64,000 nt of DNA from Klebsormidium nitens. Lineage: Eukaryota; Plantae; Klebsormidiophyceae. Positions 1 through 13,045 of the stretch are shown in pieces. Position 1 is the first letter of the stretch. The number at the start of each line of letters is the position of its first letter. The translations under genes and the position numbers were made by a program. The DNA lies in NCBI GenBank assembly GCA_000708835.1, contig DF236998.1:107880-171879 (forward strand), given 5' to 3'. The notes under the pieces are model-generated. The model was not told the DNA's origin and searched no databases. It saw only the letters and a program-made list of their open reading frames with translations.

Positions 1-2927
1 ATCGCTTCCTGCAGCAAAAAATACAGCTCTTCGTTTTCAAATCACTCGTTCATGTAAAGTCTGGCGACTGTTGAGACGTCTTACTCGTCAAACCCGGGGT
101 GAAAAATGTCGACATTGGGCATCCTTCATGGGCAGGTCTCCAGTGGTTTTTGGAAGATAAATTTCACTTGCTCTCTCTTAGACTCGTCCTTTGTCTGCAA
201 GAATGGGACTTTTCAAAGTCGCCTTCTGTCTGACCCCATCATTGAGCCCCTCCGATACGAGCTTTGAAGAGCGAAAAGCTGCTGGTTTGTGCGCCAGCTA
301 TCACGCCAGATTGTCGAGCCTACAACAGCACTACCTTCGCAGGGACTCTTGAGGGGTGAATTCTAGAGCACTTTGACTTCGGAGGAGCATTCGGTGCCCT
401 TCGACCACTTCGTATACCTGCCATCCCTAGTCGTGGTTCTTATCTGAAACACCTTATCGTAAACCCTGCAAACCTTGAAAAGCTTCCCTATAAACCGCTC
501 CCACTAATTGGATGTTTCGTCAAGGGCACACCTGCACTGATATTGCAGAGGGCGTCGCTTCTCACCTGTGTCAGGTCCTCAGCCGCTGGCCCGTCAGATG
601 TGACGCTGCCGTCCTTCTTGACCTCAGAGTCATCGGCGGCCTTGTATTCCATGTTTTTGAGCGCGAGCTCAGCGCCGAAGCCAGCAAGATCGACGGGCTT
701 TTGGGTGCCGATCCGGGCACAGGGACTGGCTGCGGATTCACACCCAGAGGGTAGGACAGGCCTGGAAGGAACGCATCATCTTAAGATTTCACGTCGTTTT
801 GAAGATGCGAGAGCACAGTGTTGGTCCTTCGAACCAAATGGAAGGCCCCGCTTGTTCGTAGGAGCAGGCTTCAAATATTAGCGTAGAGCACAGAACACGG
901 TACCCATACTGAATGAAAGAGGAGTCTTATTGCGACTGATTGTAGTAAATAGAAAAGGTTGAGGTTGGAGACTTGACGCCACACAAAATGAGACAAGCTG
1001 TTGGCAAGAGACTCGTTACTCAGTCTACTGTATCTTGTGATGGTGATTCTGTAACTTAGTCTGCAAAGCCGAGGTGATTGAGGTGAGTTCCAGAGCTTCA
1101 AATGATGAGAATCTTCAAAAAGTCTGCCACACTTACAAACGACCTCTCCGCTTCGATCAGGCAAGACCCGAATGTTATCATTTATCGGGGTCAGAACGGT
1201 TCTTAACGATGTCCATAATGTAGATGTTTATGGCCCTGAGGACTAGGTTTGGCAAGATTGGGTTGTGGATTGAAACCAGCCCCACAAGCTGCACTCCAGG
1301 AGTTGGAATACTTACGCACCTATTGAGGACATCAGTAATTCCTTCCCCTTTGATGGGTGAAAACTACTACGACACTCAACAACTCCGTTCCGACACCTCG
1401 TCAGGATCAAATGCAGGTCTGAGACTGCATATCACATCAGCATCTTGACATATTTGTTGAAATCGAACTCTGTTCCCCTGACATATTCAGCAAAGCGTAC
1501 CTGTAGATGTACGCGACGCCCTTGCCGCTCTGCACCGCTTCCGAGAGCACCCGGTGCATCTCCGCAAAGCAGGGGGTTCCCAGCGCCCCGTACAGCACAA
1601 ACAACCTTGCCCCCCGCTTGGACGCCGGATGCACATGATCAAAAGCATATCGCGGAACTTCTTCCGCAGTTGCTCCGCTCTCCTCCGCAAGTTCTTCCTC
1701 TAGCTCTCGTGCGGTTCGCAGGACACTCTTCCCAGGGGCCTCCACCCAGCAGCACATGGCCCCCCCCGGAGAGGCAGGATTCCTGGTCACTTTCCACCGC
1801 TCATCGTCCTTGCTTTTCGCAGTGGTGGCAAGCGACGCCAACCCAAGCCTTTCGAGCGACTCTGATGCGAGCTGCCGGTAGACCACTAGTTTTGGAGAGG
1901 CTAAGCGGAGGGAGAGGGAGAGGTGGAAGAGAGAGGCCTGAGGTTGGGTGAAGTTCTGGGTAGCCTGGCTTAGGATCTGTTCCGCACACCAGGAGTCATT
2001 GGACTCCAGATTGGGGGTTGGGGTTTGCGCAGTCCAGGCGTCTAGGAAGTGCCAGAAGGACGGTGAATCATGTTCCGCCAGTAGCTCCCTGTGCAACGAG
2101 AGGAATGCTTTCTGAGTGATGTACTGAAGCTTTGAAACTTTCTGATTTTCCTGGGAAAAGGATTCATGGTGGATAAAGTGACGCGTAATAAGGAACCGGA
2201 TTGATGAGCTTTGCTTCTGTTGATGGCGGTGCCTGATCAAGCACACCTGGAAACATATGGAGGTGGTGCGACAGAAGATCTGAAGACACTAGTGACTCAA
2301 ATGCATTATGATAATCCTCTAGACCTTACCCCTCTGATTAGCTGGGGGAGAAATAGAAATCGGAACAGAATTGGCACAGTAGTCTAGTCATGAAATCTTC
2401 TCCATCAGTAGCTCCAATCTTCAAATTATTCTTGGTGATCAGGGCAGACTGAACCTGGCCTTGCATAATCCCTGGTTCCAAATCCCCAAGGGTTTCCAAT
2501 CAGTTTCCACTGCAAAAGTGGTCGCTGCTCGTTTTGGAGGGCGCTGACCATTGTGCAAGCATTGATAACTTATGAACGCTGTGGTACGTGTTCAACCAGC
2601 TCACAGCCTTGACACCATACTGATGAATGCGTGCAACCCAGCTGGTGAGGCCCAGAGTGACTATGCCATCAGGTGGCAAGTAAGGGCTGGTTTTCATCAG
2701 TTGTTTTTCTTTCGTCGACTCACAGATTGCCCTGTCAACACAACAGGTAAGCGACGAACGGGAAATGCTCACCCTGCCTCCAACAACAGCGGAGTGCCCT
2801 CCCATTTTGATCGGAGCACCACATTGACTCCTTTGGGGACTTTCGATGCTGGCGCCGCATGAACATGCCTCAACCCAAGGAGAAGAAAGGCGGCGAGAAG
2901 AAACTGTATGCATAACTGACGGGCCAT
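1..2927 (-). CDS. UGGT: UDP-glucose:glycoprotein glucosyltransferase, 5' part (runs off the window edge). Exons 2927-2773, 2088-1501, 761-566, 8-1
   Basis: Spliced translation [18 protein letters not shown] (signal peptide)...[21 protein letters not shown]|ELLAEH...FWHFLDAW...[24 protein letters not shown]...FDHVHP...[10 protein letters not shown]...YIYR|PVLPSGCE...[21 protein letters not shown] matches the UGGT N-terminal thioredoxin-like region as I recall it. All introns GT-AG and in phase. Confidence 0.93.
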
Positions 2928-4942
2928 TTGCGAACAAATCACGGCGCGCCTGATTAACTGTGCTTATATGCTTTTAATGAAGTACATCATTGCTCAAGTG
3001 CTGTTTGCCCAGGCAGAGGAGCAAAGGATCGAGCTGCAAAGCCGCCCCCAGCGGTAGATGCCGCTGAAACTATTATAGGCTATTATAGGGTCTGGCAGTG
3101 GAAGAAGGCGCTTGGAAGGTCTCCTTAGGCTTTTGCTCCTGATGCAGTGATGCCAATGGCACCTGAGGCGATATCTTATATTCCAGCAAAACTTGCCAAG
3201 TTGTAACTTACGTACGAGGGTTGAAACCTGAGTGTTAACCTATTATTGTGATGGGAACCATTGTCGAGTCTTGCAGCGTCTAGGTTAGGCGTTTGGGTTT
3301 AGGTCCCTAATGCACGCATTCATCTCGCAAGTCGAGAGGATTTGATTGTTGAGCTCGTGAAATCAGGGCATATCCACGCAACGCCATGACGTAGGGGAAA
3401 GGACGGAGGAGGAACTTGAACTTGCTGACAGTGAGGAAGCTGCACCAATCCTGCAGAAGACTGAAGACTGAATCTGTACCTTGTAAGTTGTAGCCTGTGT
3501 AAGGACTTGCAGGGCGACCATTTGAGGCCGAGCAATTGGAGGGGACTCCCACTTTTTTGTTGGCTCCCTTGCACGAGCTTTCACTCTTCACTTCGGTACA
3601 CGATTGAGGGTGCAGCCGGAAATTGCGCAAGGGTTGATTGTGAGTTTCCAACCAATTCTATCAGCTTGTGTTCTCAGATTGCAGTCAGGACCATCTTTGT
3701 TGCAATCTTGCAGGTATTTGAAGAGGGCATATCAGCAGGGTCATCAGGTGTCCATCCAATTGACGTGCTTTTCTGCGCAAGCTGCTTTGTGCATGCATCA
3801 ATTGACCTGCATAGCATGCATTTGGGAGCACTATGCCGTATGTTCTGTTGGTAAGCTTGGTAAGCATGCAAAGCGTATGAGATATGTAGAGTTGCAGATT
3901 GGGAAACAAACATACAGAATCGTAATGCAGTGCTGCTGTCCTTTTATGACGCCATTGTTCCCTGCCACTTTGATGGCTGAGCACCTCTTCTGTGTTTGTT
4001 TCAAAGTCAAGAATCACCAAAGCACTGCAACATTGTCAGAAGTGGCTTGCATGGATCCTGAGATATGCGGCAGAGGCACTAACAGCACAATCTCTTCAGG
4101 CAGACCTACCGAGTTGCTTTGTAGCCAGTCGGTTTGCCTCCTTGCCAAACAGCGACATTTCGAGCAATCTTCTCTGATCAGATAAAGAGTTGGCTGCAAG
4201 GTCTAGAGTCTGTTGAATCCTTACAGTGTTTAAGCAGATTCTTTGCCCTTTCAGACCTTTCTGGCCATAGAACCTCAATGTCTTCATATTGACATATCCC
4301 TTTGTCTCAGAGTTTGGAAAATCAGGAACTTTCAATCGAGCAATGTTCATTTGCAAGGGTTGATCGTCGATTGGTGGTTGTACTCTGCCTTCGGAGGTCT
4401 AGTGGCACTCTGGAATCATGGGCAAAGTGCTTATCACGTAGTACACAACCTGCGACTGGCATGATCTGCGCACTTGCTCAGTGTTTAGAGTTTTAAAATC
4501 CTTGAGTGCTTACCAGAGCTGAATAGACAACCCATGGAGATACAAAAGGTGTGACCAATACACTGGAACACAATCGGTTCAAGGCCCCAAGATTTCAGAA
4601 GTTTCTTTTCCTTCTCGCTTGTTATAAACCAGAGACGGCTTCTCTGACTTTCTGCTCGTCTCACTGCAATATTAAGCAGATCAACTACCAGGCACGAATC
4701 ACTTTCTTAGAAACAGTTCTCGTCTTGGGACCCATCAGTCACCCACCTAGGAGAAAACTTGCCACGAGAGTAACCATGTAGGCTAAGCAGCTATCCTACT
4801 TCGAAAGAGCCACGTCTGCCAAGCCTTCCCCAATCTTGAGCAGCATCCGCCGCAAAACCCCCTCAGCAAACACACTGCTCAGAACCAACCCCCTCTTCCT
4901 TCAGATCCTGCGATCAACCCCTGAACCCCCCATGCTGTGAGC

Positions 4943-7900
4943 ATGTCCGCAAAGAACAGCCCTGTCACTTCGCGCCGCAGCAGCGGCCCGCTCCCCACTC
5001 TTGAAACGGGGGGAGACTCCCCGCAGCCCCGTCTTGCCCGCCGACAGAGCCTTCCCGCCGACCCGAACGGCACTTCGCTTGAGCGCTTACCCGAACACAT
5101 TCTCGGGATGCGTACCAGCCTGCCAAGGGATGTGTTAGAGGAACCCGAAGTAGAGGGGACTCCCGAAGCGGGGGCCGCCGTCTACCCAGCGGGCCCGAAG
5201 CCCGTGGCGGGGGTTTTAGAGAAGTGGGTTAACTTTGGGAAGGGCTGGCGCCAGCGCTGGTTTGTGCTCGAGCGCGGACTGCTGTCCTATTATAAGCTGT
5301 CGGGCCCTGATAAGGTGTCGATTGCCGAGGAGCGCTTACGGCATGCGGCGCTGCATATTCTGGGCAAGGAGGCGCACAAGGACGTGCATGAGGCGCGGAA
5401 GTCGGGGTTGGGCGGGAATGGCACCCCGCCCCGCCCGCTCGGGTCCGTGCACATGATGCTGGCGAGCATCCGCGAAAGCGCGGCCGACGAGAAGAAGTTC
5501 TACGTGCACACGGGGACAAAGACGCTGCATTTGCGCGCGCAGAGCCGGGAGGACCGCGCACTATGGGTCCAACAGCTGCGCGAAGCAAAGGCGCTGTTCA
5601 TGGATCAGCGGGGGCTGCTCCCCCCCGCGGGGACGCCGCTCCAGGACAGTTTAGCCGAGATGCTGGAAAAGCTGAGGGTCGTGTTGGCGGGGAGCGTGGA
5701 GCAGGGGAAGATGGATGCGGTGGAAGAGTTGGTGAAGGAGGAGGCAGGCGTGTGGCAGGGGCGGCTGCAGGCGGAGCGCGAGAAGAGGCGGATGCTACTG
5801 GAGTATGTGAGGACGCTGGAAGCGGACAAGGTGGAGCTCGAGACGGCAGGTGGGTCTGCACATACTAGTTGCTGAATCTATTTAGAAAGCCTGCGTTGTA
5901 TCTGCTCGTTTCTCTCCTTACATGGTAGGACTGTCTCCCTCTTGTTGGTGATTACGTCCAATCACTTACACGACGAGTTGTTTCTGCAAGAGTTTTGTGT
6001 TGGGTTCTTTACTATGGATGTCAGTCTGTTTCGTTCCTTGAGTTGTCAGAAGCTCCATGACCACCTGCAGGAGTCGCAAGCAAAGCTGTAAGATGCGTCG
6101 ACGACCGGAGCCGCAGACACCTCTCCATAGCATTTCAGACCTCAAGAGACCCTTCTTTTTTAAACTGCAAATCTCTTGCTTAGCCTTGTGGTAAGAAGGA
6201 GATGCTAAAAACTCATTGCTGACCTGGCAGTGCTGGACACGGAGGAGGTGCGCCGGATTAAATTGGAGGCAGAAACACCTAGGAGTTCTGTTCTCCCGAA
6301 AAGGACTGACTTCGTAGATTCAATCCGAATTTTCGAATTAATTTCAATTTTCGAACTGATTTGTAAACCCTTCCCCTCGGTCGCTTGCAGTGCTGGACCA
6401 CGAGGAGGAGCGAGTGCAAGGCGTGCGCGCCACGCACGGCGGCGAAGACGCCGACTCCGAGGACGATGACGACGCGGGCGGGAAAGACGACGTCGGGAAC
6501 GATTCCGACGCCGACGATCTGGACGACACGTCGCATGACAAGTTCTTCGACGCTGCGGACGATTTTGTTGCGACGGACAAGGTCCGGAAGTCGCTCTCAC
6601 GCAAGAACCTGCCGCAGATGCTGGAGGAAGCCCCGACAGGGGGGTCGGGGCACCCGTCTCCGGGGGGGGGGAGGAGCGGGAAAGTTGTGCGGCGGACGCA
6701 GCTCCCGATGCCGGTGCAGGAGGAGAAGAGCGCGAGCCTGTGGAGCATCATCAAGGACAACGTCGGGAAGGATCTGCAGAAGGTGTGCCTTCCCGTGTAC
6801 TTCAACGAGCCGATCTCCGCACTGCAAAAGTGCTGCGAGGATCTGGAGTACACGGAGCTCCTCGACCGTGCGTACGAGGCCGGGCGCGCGGGGGATCCCC
6901 TGACACGTGTCCTCAATGTGGCCGCGTTCGCGGTGTCTGGGTACGCGGCCACCGAGGGCCGCACGCGCAAGCCGTTCAATCCGCTGCTCGGAGAGACGTA
7001 CGAGGCGGAACGGCCGGAACAGGGCATCAAATTCATCAGCGAGAAAGTGAGCCATCACCCGACAATCGTGGCATGCCATTGCTCGGGACGCGGGTGGCGC
7101 TTCTACGGGGACTCCAACGTGAAGAGCAAATTCTGGGGGCGCTCCATCCAGGTGGATCCGGTCGGCATCTTGACGCTCGAGTTCGACGACGGGGAGGTTT
7201 ATCAGTGGTCCAAGGTGAGGCGCGGGGTTATTGTTCCCAGCTTAGCCTTTACTTAGGTGCGTTACTTACAACGTTTTTGGAGCGAGCAGGCGTTTTCTTT
7301 ATGTGTGTGCTTCTCCAGAAGTGGTCGAGATAACTTTTTGACTGTCTGATTTGTGTGGGGCCGAGGCGTTTCGACGGTCCAAGGCAAAGCTTAGACTACT
7401 CGACTTTGGCCGAAATTGCGTTCACTTCAATCAGTACCTGTCCAGCTGGGACCAAAGGAAACGTGGTCTTGTCGAAGAGAGTGTGCTATACCAGTAGACC
7501 ATTACGACGGCAATTTGTCGCTCGTCTGAGAGACGAGAGCTGGGCCGGTGCGCGACTGCAAGGGACGACTGCGAAAAGAACTTGGGCAACTTTCAGTCGG
7601 GAGATACACCCAAAACGTAATGAATCTGCCGCAAGAACTAGACAGAAGAGCTTTTGGGCTGATGCACGGGTCTGCGCGCAGGTGACGACGTCGATCTACA
7701 ACCTGATCATCGGCAAGCTGTACGCCGACCACTACGGGACGATGCGCATCCAGGGCAACGGCGAGCTGTCGGCCAAGGTCAAGTTCAAGGAGCAGTCCAT
7801 CATGGACCGCAACCCGCACCAGGTAAGCATTCGTAGATTCGAGTTGTGCGAATCGAGGTGTCGCCCTCTTTGGGCTTATTGGGTTCAGACTCGAACGCCT

Positions 7901-10221
7901 CCAGATTGCGGGTGTCGTTATTGGTTCGTTTGAAGAAAGTGTACCTGCGTGCAACTGAATTCAGCAGAGCGACTTTGGTCGTTGAAGCCCGATGAAACGT
8001 GGAAGTCTAACCCTTGAGATCCGAAACCTGTAGTGAGAGATACGGACGAAATGAGATACACAAATTAAAGATCATTTGGAAACCGTCAACCGTACCTCTC
8101 TAGGAGCGCAGCGTGGTGACCTGGCGAGGGGCGTCAAGCTGGCAACCATATTTCGGCAGAATCCGGAGAGAGAGTGTGACAGTTCAGACGAGATAGTCAA
8201 AGTAAAAACGAACCAGAAAACGCTTTCCTGCACTCTTCAGAGGCGCAGCGTAGTGATCAGTCGAGCAGGCGTTGAGCTGGCAACATCTTTGGCACGATCT
8301 CGAGATTGTACAAAGATAGAAAGGGCCTTTACTTTCAATAAGGATCGCAATGGAAAAAGAAAGCGAGGACCAAAAACTTTTCTAAGACCGGGAGACCAAA
8401 GGTTTTCTCCCTTTCTCCTCGGGTACGCGGCGTGGTGACCAACCGGGCGGGCGTCAAGCAAGCAACCATCTTTGATAAGATTGCAGAAGCCCAGACCTCA
8501 AAACACTTAGTCGCTTGAAAGGATAAGACCAAAACAAGATAGTAATGTTCCTTCTCTCTTCCCAGGTGCGCGGCGTGGTGACTCACCGGGCGGGCGTCAA
8601 GCTGGCGACCACCTTTGCAGAAGCCCAGACCTCAAAACAACTCAGTCGCTTGAAAGGATAAGACCAAAACAAGATAGTAATGCTCCTTCTCTCTTCCCAG
8701 GTGCGCGGCGTGGTGACCAACCGGGCGGGCGTCAAGCTGGCGACCATCTTTGGCAAGTGGGACGACGCGCTCTACTTCGTGGAGGGGGATCCCCACGAGA
8801 AGAAGCTCGAGACGCTGAGCACCAGCCAGCTGCTCTGGCAGCGCGCGCCGCCGCCCGAGCCCGCAGACCGCTACGGCCTCTCACGCTTTGCGATCACGCT
8901 CAACGAGATCACGCCGGGGCTCCAGGTGGGTTTCGCAGGATCTTATCAATCCGCCGCATTGCCCCAAATGGTTTCATGTCACCGGATTGCCCCTATCATA
9001 AGCCGACCGTATCTTGTCCATATATAATTTTTTATTGGCAAATGATACCCTCATCTAAATGAGTGACCGCTTGATTGCTTACGGCCTCTCGCGCTTTGCG
9101 ATCACGCTCAACGAGATCACCCCGGGGATCCAGGTGGGTTTTGTTGAAGCTTGCCTGTAGAAGGGCACCATGCGGCGACCTTGGTTTTGTCTTTCTGTGG
9201 TGGCTTCGTTGAGAGTTCATACCTGATTACGGTAATATCTGTCGGGTACATACTTTTGATTACGCTTTCATCTGTCGGATTAATCACTGCTTTCCTACGG
9301 CCTCCCAACGCTGTGTGTCCCTGCCGGAAATCGACCACGTAGCTCCAGAACGAGCTTCCTTCCGCCCTTGGCCGACTCGTCTAGTTTTATACTCCAATGA
9401 CAGTGCGGTCCGCTTTCTGGACGTTGTAGATTCTTGTCGGGGCATCTTGTGATGGTCCCTCCCTGATCCTATGCTGACGAAGGTACGAAGCTGTTGATTT
9501 TACTCATCTGCTAAAACCGGTATGGCGTCGTTTGTGACTCCGTCTCTTCTGGGGTCACTTTCTTGGGGTTACCCAAGGACGTCGCTGGTGAAAAGCCGGC
9601 TTCCCCAAATCCACTCCTTGCCGCCAAAACACTCGAGTTTTTACCTCGTTCGCAGGAGCAACCTCTCGTCCCGTCTCTTATGCTGAACGTTGAGGCTGCA
9701 GTTTGACCTTTCGTCTTGATTTTGACTGGTGGTTTTGCGCGCGCAGGAGAAGCTCCCCCCCACCGATGGCCGGCTGCGGCCGGACCAGCGCGCCCTGGAG
9801 AACGGCGAGTACGACGTCGCCAACTCGGAGAAGCTGCGGCTGGAGCAGAAGCAGCGCGCGGTGAGCAGCCGGCCGAGCTGCTCAGCAGCGCCCGTGAACC
9901 CTAGGAATGTAAAATCTTAGAGCGGTTTTGTTTTCCGGAAGTGTGAACCCTTCACAAGCGATCAAAGCCCATTTGAAGAGAGATATTGTAATGATTGGCA
10001 GCGGTCGGTCTTTCTTTGAGAAGCTACAAACACATTGGACTCGCATCTTTCTGACCAACTGATTTCCTTGTGAGCAGGCCCGCAAAATGCAGGAGGGCGG
10101 GTGGAAGCCCCGGTGGTTCACACCGGACGAGAGAAGCGGCACGTTTTTGTACCAGGGGGGGTACTGGGAGTCTCGGGAGAAGGGCGACTGGCAGGGTTGC
10201 AGAGATATATACGGCTTGTAA
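4943..10221 (+). CDS. ORP1: Oxysterol-binding protein-related protein, PH + ORD domains (plant ORP1/2 type). Exons 4943-5849, 6391-7214, 7682-7822, 8701-8925, 9747-9860, 10078-10221
   Basis: PH domain [20 protein letters not shown]...[21 protein letters not shown] motifs [91 protein letters not shown]. Splice phases consistent. Confidence 0.95.
6227..6253 (+). repeat. Intronic degenerate copy of the ORP exon-2 acceptor plus the first ~23 nt of the exon
   Basis: gcag-tgctggacacggaggaggtgcgc (6227) versus the real gcag-tgctggaccacgaggaggagcga (6387). Confidence 0.7.
8090..8760 (+). repeat. Tandem array (~135-180 bp period, 5 units) of acceptor plus the first ~55 nt of ORP exon 4; only the last unit is the coding exon
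   Basis: Exon-like starts at 8104, 8241, 8423, 8566 and the real one at 8701, all resembling gtgcgcggcgtggtgaccaaccgggcgggcgtcaagctggcgaccatctttggcaag. The spacer gaagcccagacctcaaaac...gtcgcttgaaaggataagaccaaaacaagatagtaatg is also duplicated. Confidence 0.95.
9064..9143 (+). repeat. Intronic copy of the 3' end of ORP exon 4 including its donor
   Basis: tacggcctctcgcgctttgcgatcacgctcaacgagatcaccccggggatccag|gtgggttt versus the real tacggcctctcacgc...acgccggggctccag|gtgggttt (donor after 8925; copy 208 bp downstream). Confidence 0.93.
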
Positions 10222-13045
10222 GACAAAACAATTCCGTCCTCGTGCTGAGTATCAAAGACGAGAATACTACTTTACCGGACTTAACCACTATTCTGGCCAA
10301 GCGACCGCCTCCGGCCCTTGTAAGAACACACGATGTGGCACCACCATAGGTAATCAAGCTTTGATTCATGGGTATGGTGTCCGAAGTGACACGCGGTGCT
10401 TGTATGTCGTACAGTTCAGTTTTTCGTTATCTACATCAATTTCGATGCCAAAGCTGGTCTATAAGGGAAAAGCGACAACAGTGCTTGAGCAATTGTTGCT
10501 TCTAGTTTTAGTTTTCGATTGACATTGAGAAATCTTGTTGACTTGATGAACCCTTTGCGGGCCTTAAGTTTGTGATTCTTTCAAAGCATGGTTGCGAAAA
10601 AATAGTCTTGTCGCAGATAGCATGTATCCCGGGCCCGACTATCTATATAGAATATGAGATGAATTGAATCATTTAAGTCCTTCGGGGCCAAGACAGGCCC
10701 AGTGGACTGTTCTCTCAATTTATTTGCTCTAAGCTCGCTTTCTCCTCTGCACACTTAGATGTATGAATTTCAAAGCTATCGCTCTTTAAAGCAATTGCTC
10801 TAGGTCATTGAGAAAGCGCTTCAAAACCATATTCTCCCCACCTACATGCAGGAAATAGCGCTCCAAAATCTAGCCGTATGTCACTAGAAGTCATGTGCAA
10901 TCAAACTTGAAATGTTTCTCGACTTCTCGTCTTCCATGCACCTGATCACTTGCACAATTAGCTCAGGCTTACATAGCCTACTCCCTCAATCCGGCTTTTG
11001 CCATTCCCAGCTGTCTCCACCGCCAAAGTATGCAATCCTTAGTACACGAAAGCTCTCTAGCATAAGTGCAAACGTATAGGCGCGCTGTATCCAACACGTA
11101 CGTGCATCATTGTTTATTTGAGGTCAGCCCGGGGCGTAAGCTGAACCCAACGCTACTGCGTTTGCATCCGAATGCGTATGTACTTTTAACTCTGAAGCTA
11201 TATATCATGCTGCTTATGCATGATAGCCTAGTAGCCATGGCAAGCTAACGTATCTTTGTATAAGTTGGCCGATCGACCATGCATATCATAGTATAGACGC
11301 ACTAAATGCATGCACCGTCCTTTCCGGTCGTCTTCAGGCTCCCTGCTTAGTAGCCGACCGCCTTTGCTAAGTTACCTCCAAGGTCATTTTAAGAGCCATA
11401 GTTAGCTAGTGCATGGGGTTCAATGAGGCCCGGAGTCATTGAACCGGCGGCCGGCCCGATCTAGGCAACGCCTGTTTCTGTACTCCATTCGCCTACAAAC
11501 ATACAAAATGGACATGGCGGTCAAGTCATGCTGGGTCCATTTGCATGCGCATGCCTCGAAGCATGGGCCCAATACTTCTTTGAGGATCCAACTGTTTAGT
11601 AGCTGGAGCGTAGGATATACCGCAGTACTCGGGCCAACTTGTTTTAGCTGAAGTTCCTTAATCATTGTTGGTGGTCCGAAGCTGCATAGATCCTGAGTCT
11701 CCAAATGCAAAGATCTCACCACCGTGACATGCATGAACTCTTGCATGTGCACTTGGCTTCCGCTACCCACCCGCTACCTCGAATTCGAAGGCTCTCAGTG
11801 CCAGTACTTTCACTGTCACTAGTCCAGATCCCGTGTCTTGAAAGTACTGCGCTATTCCCGAATCTCGATTGCGCTGTTGCTAACGATCCCAGCTGCCATG
11901 CCAAGCAGCCACTAGCAGTGGCACATGTCATGGCACATGCCAATTGCATGTATGTGAATGTGTATACTACAGTACGCTAGCCAATAAAGAATTTTTCCCT
12001 TGCATGGCAATTGATATGCATGATGGTCCCTTTTCAAATACGCCGTGGCCAAATAGGTCATATGCTTCTCATGGCACACGAATAATTACAAATGTCCCCC
12101 GCATGGCGGAAGATAAAAAGCAGAGTGTATGGGTACAATATGGGGATTTGAAGACATGATCGTGCACAGCCGGCATTCACGCTACATGCATGTGGAGATG
12201 ACAATGGCCGCCGCAGATCCTGCAATTGCTCATTAGTACATCTGTCGGCGACGACCGCGGACCAGGCTTCCATTGAATCGGATATCACCTCTAGTAGAAA
12301 GGCTAAGGAGCAGCTATGAGACGCACTGAATGTCAGCCAACAGTGGGGACGCAAGAGCTACTGACCATGACAGCCTCCACCCGTTGAGCTGCCCCGCAGC
12401 CTCGGAGTCCCCGGTGCAGGATTGGCATGCACAAATGAGTCTTGAGCCTGTCGGATATCACTGATTAAATATATGACGTTAGCCGCCTTGTTATATAGGA
12501 TAGTCCCAGCAGATTCAACAAAATAGCTAGACCGTCATGACCGTTGGCCGCGCGATATCTTGATGATTACCGTACTTGTATTACCAACGTCTCGTAATTA
12601 CCGTTGCACCCAGATTTGCATAGAGTAACGTACCTAGGACACTCCACGATTTGGTAAGCAGCGTAGCTAGGCAAATCCAAATTTCAAACATCAATCTAGC
12701 TATGTTATGGCAGCCTATGCATGGCCCTTGTGACTATCCGGGCGTGTTTGGAAAGCATATGTTGCTTCAATGCTAAGTTCGGAAAACGCTAGTGTACCCG
12801 ATTTATGGAACCGAGTATATTTCATTAACATCGGCTTTCATTGAAGACAGTTAACGTCAATGAACTGCCACCTACTATAGATATGGATACCGACAAGCAC
12901 AACAACTCTCTTTTTTCTCAATGTACTTCAGCCACACAGCTTTACAACCTTTACCTTGATTGAACGTCAGTAACTTATACACAGATTGGATACCTTCCAA
13001 CGTTAAGCGTGCCCTACTACAACCCCGTTACATCAAAAATTGCCA

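Noticed and set aside
3300-4500. Several ORFs between UGGT and ORP (for example 3604-4185) and splice-like signals
   Set aside because: No recognisable protein and no consistent exon chain could be built. An unannotated small gene cannot be excluded.
8090-8760. Repeat-spacer appearance suggesting a CRISPR array
   Set aside because: The repeats are exon-derived, the spacers are themselves homologous, the context is a eukaryotic intron, and no cas genes are present.
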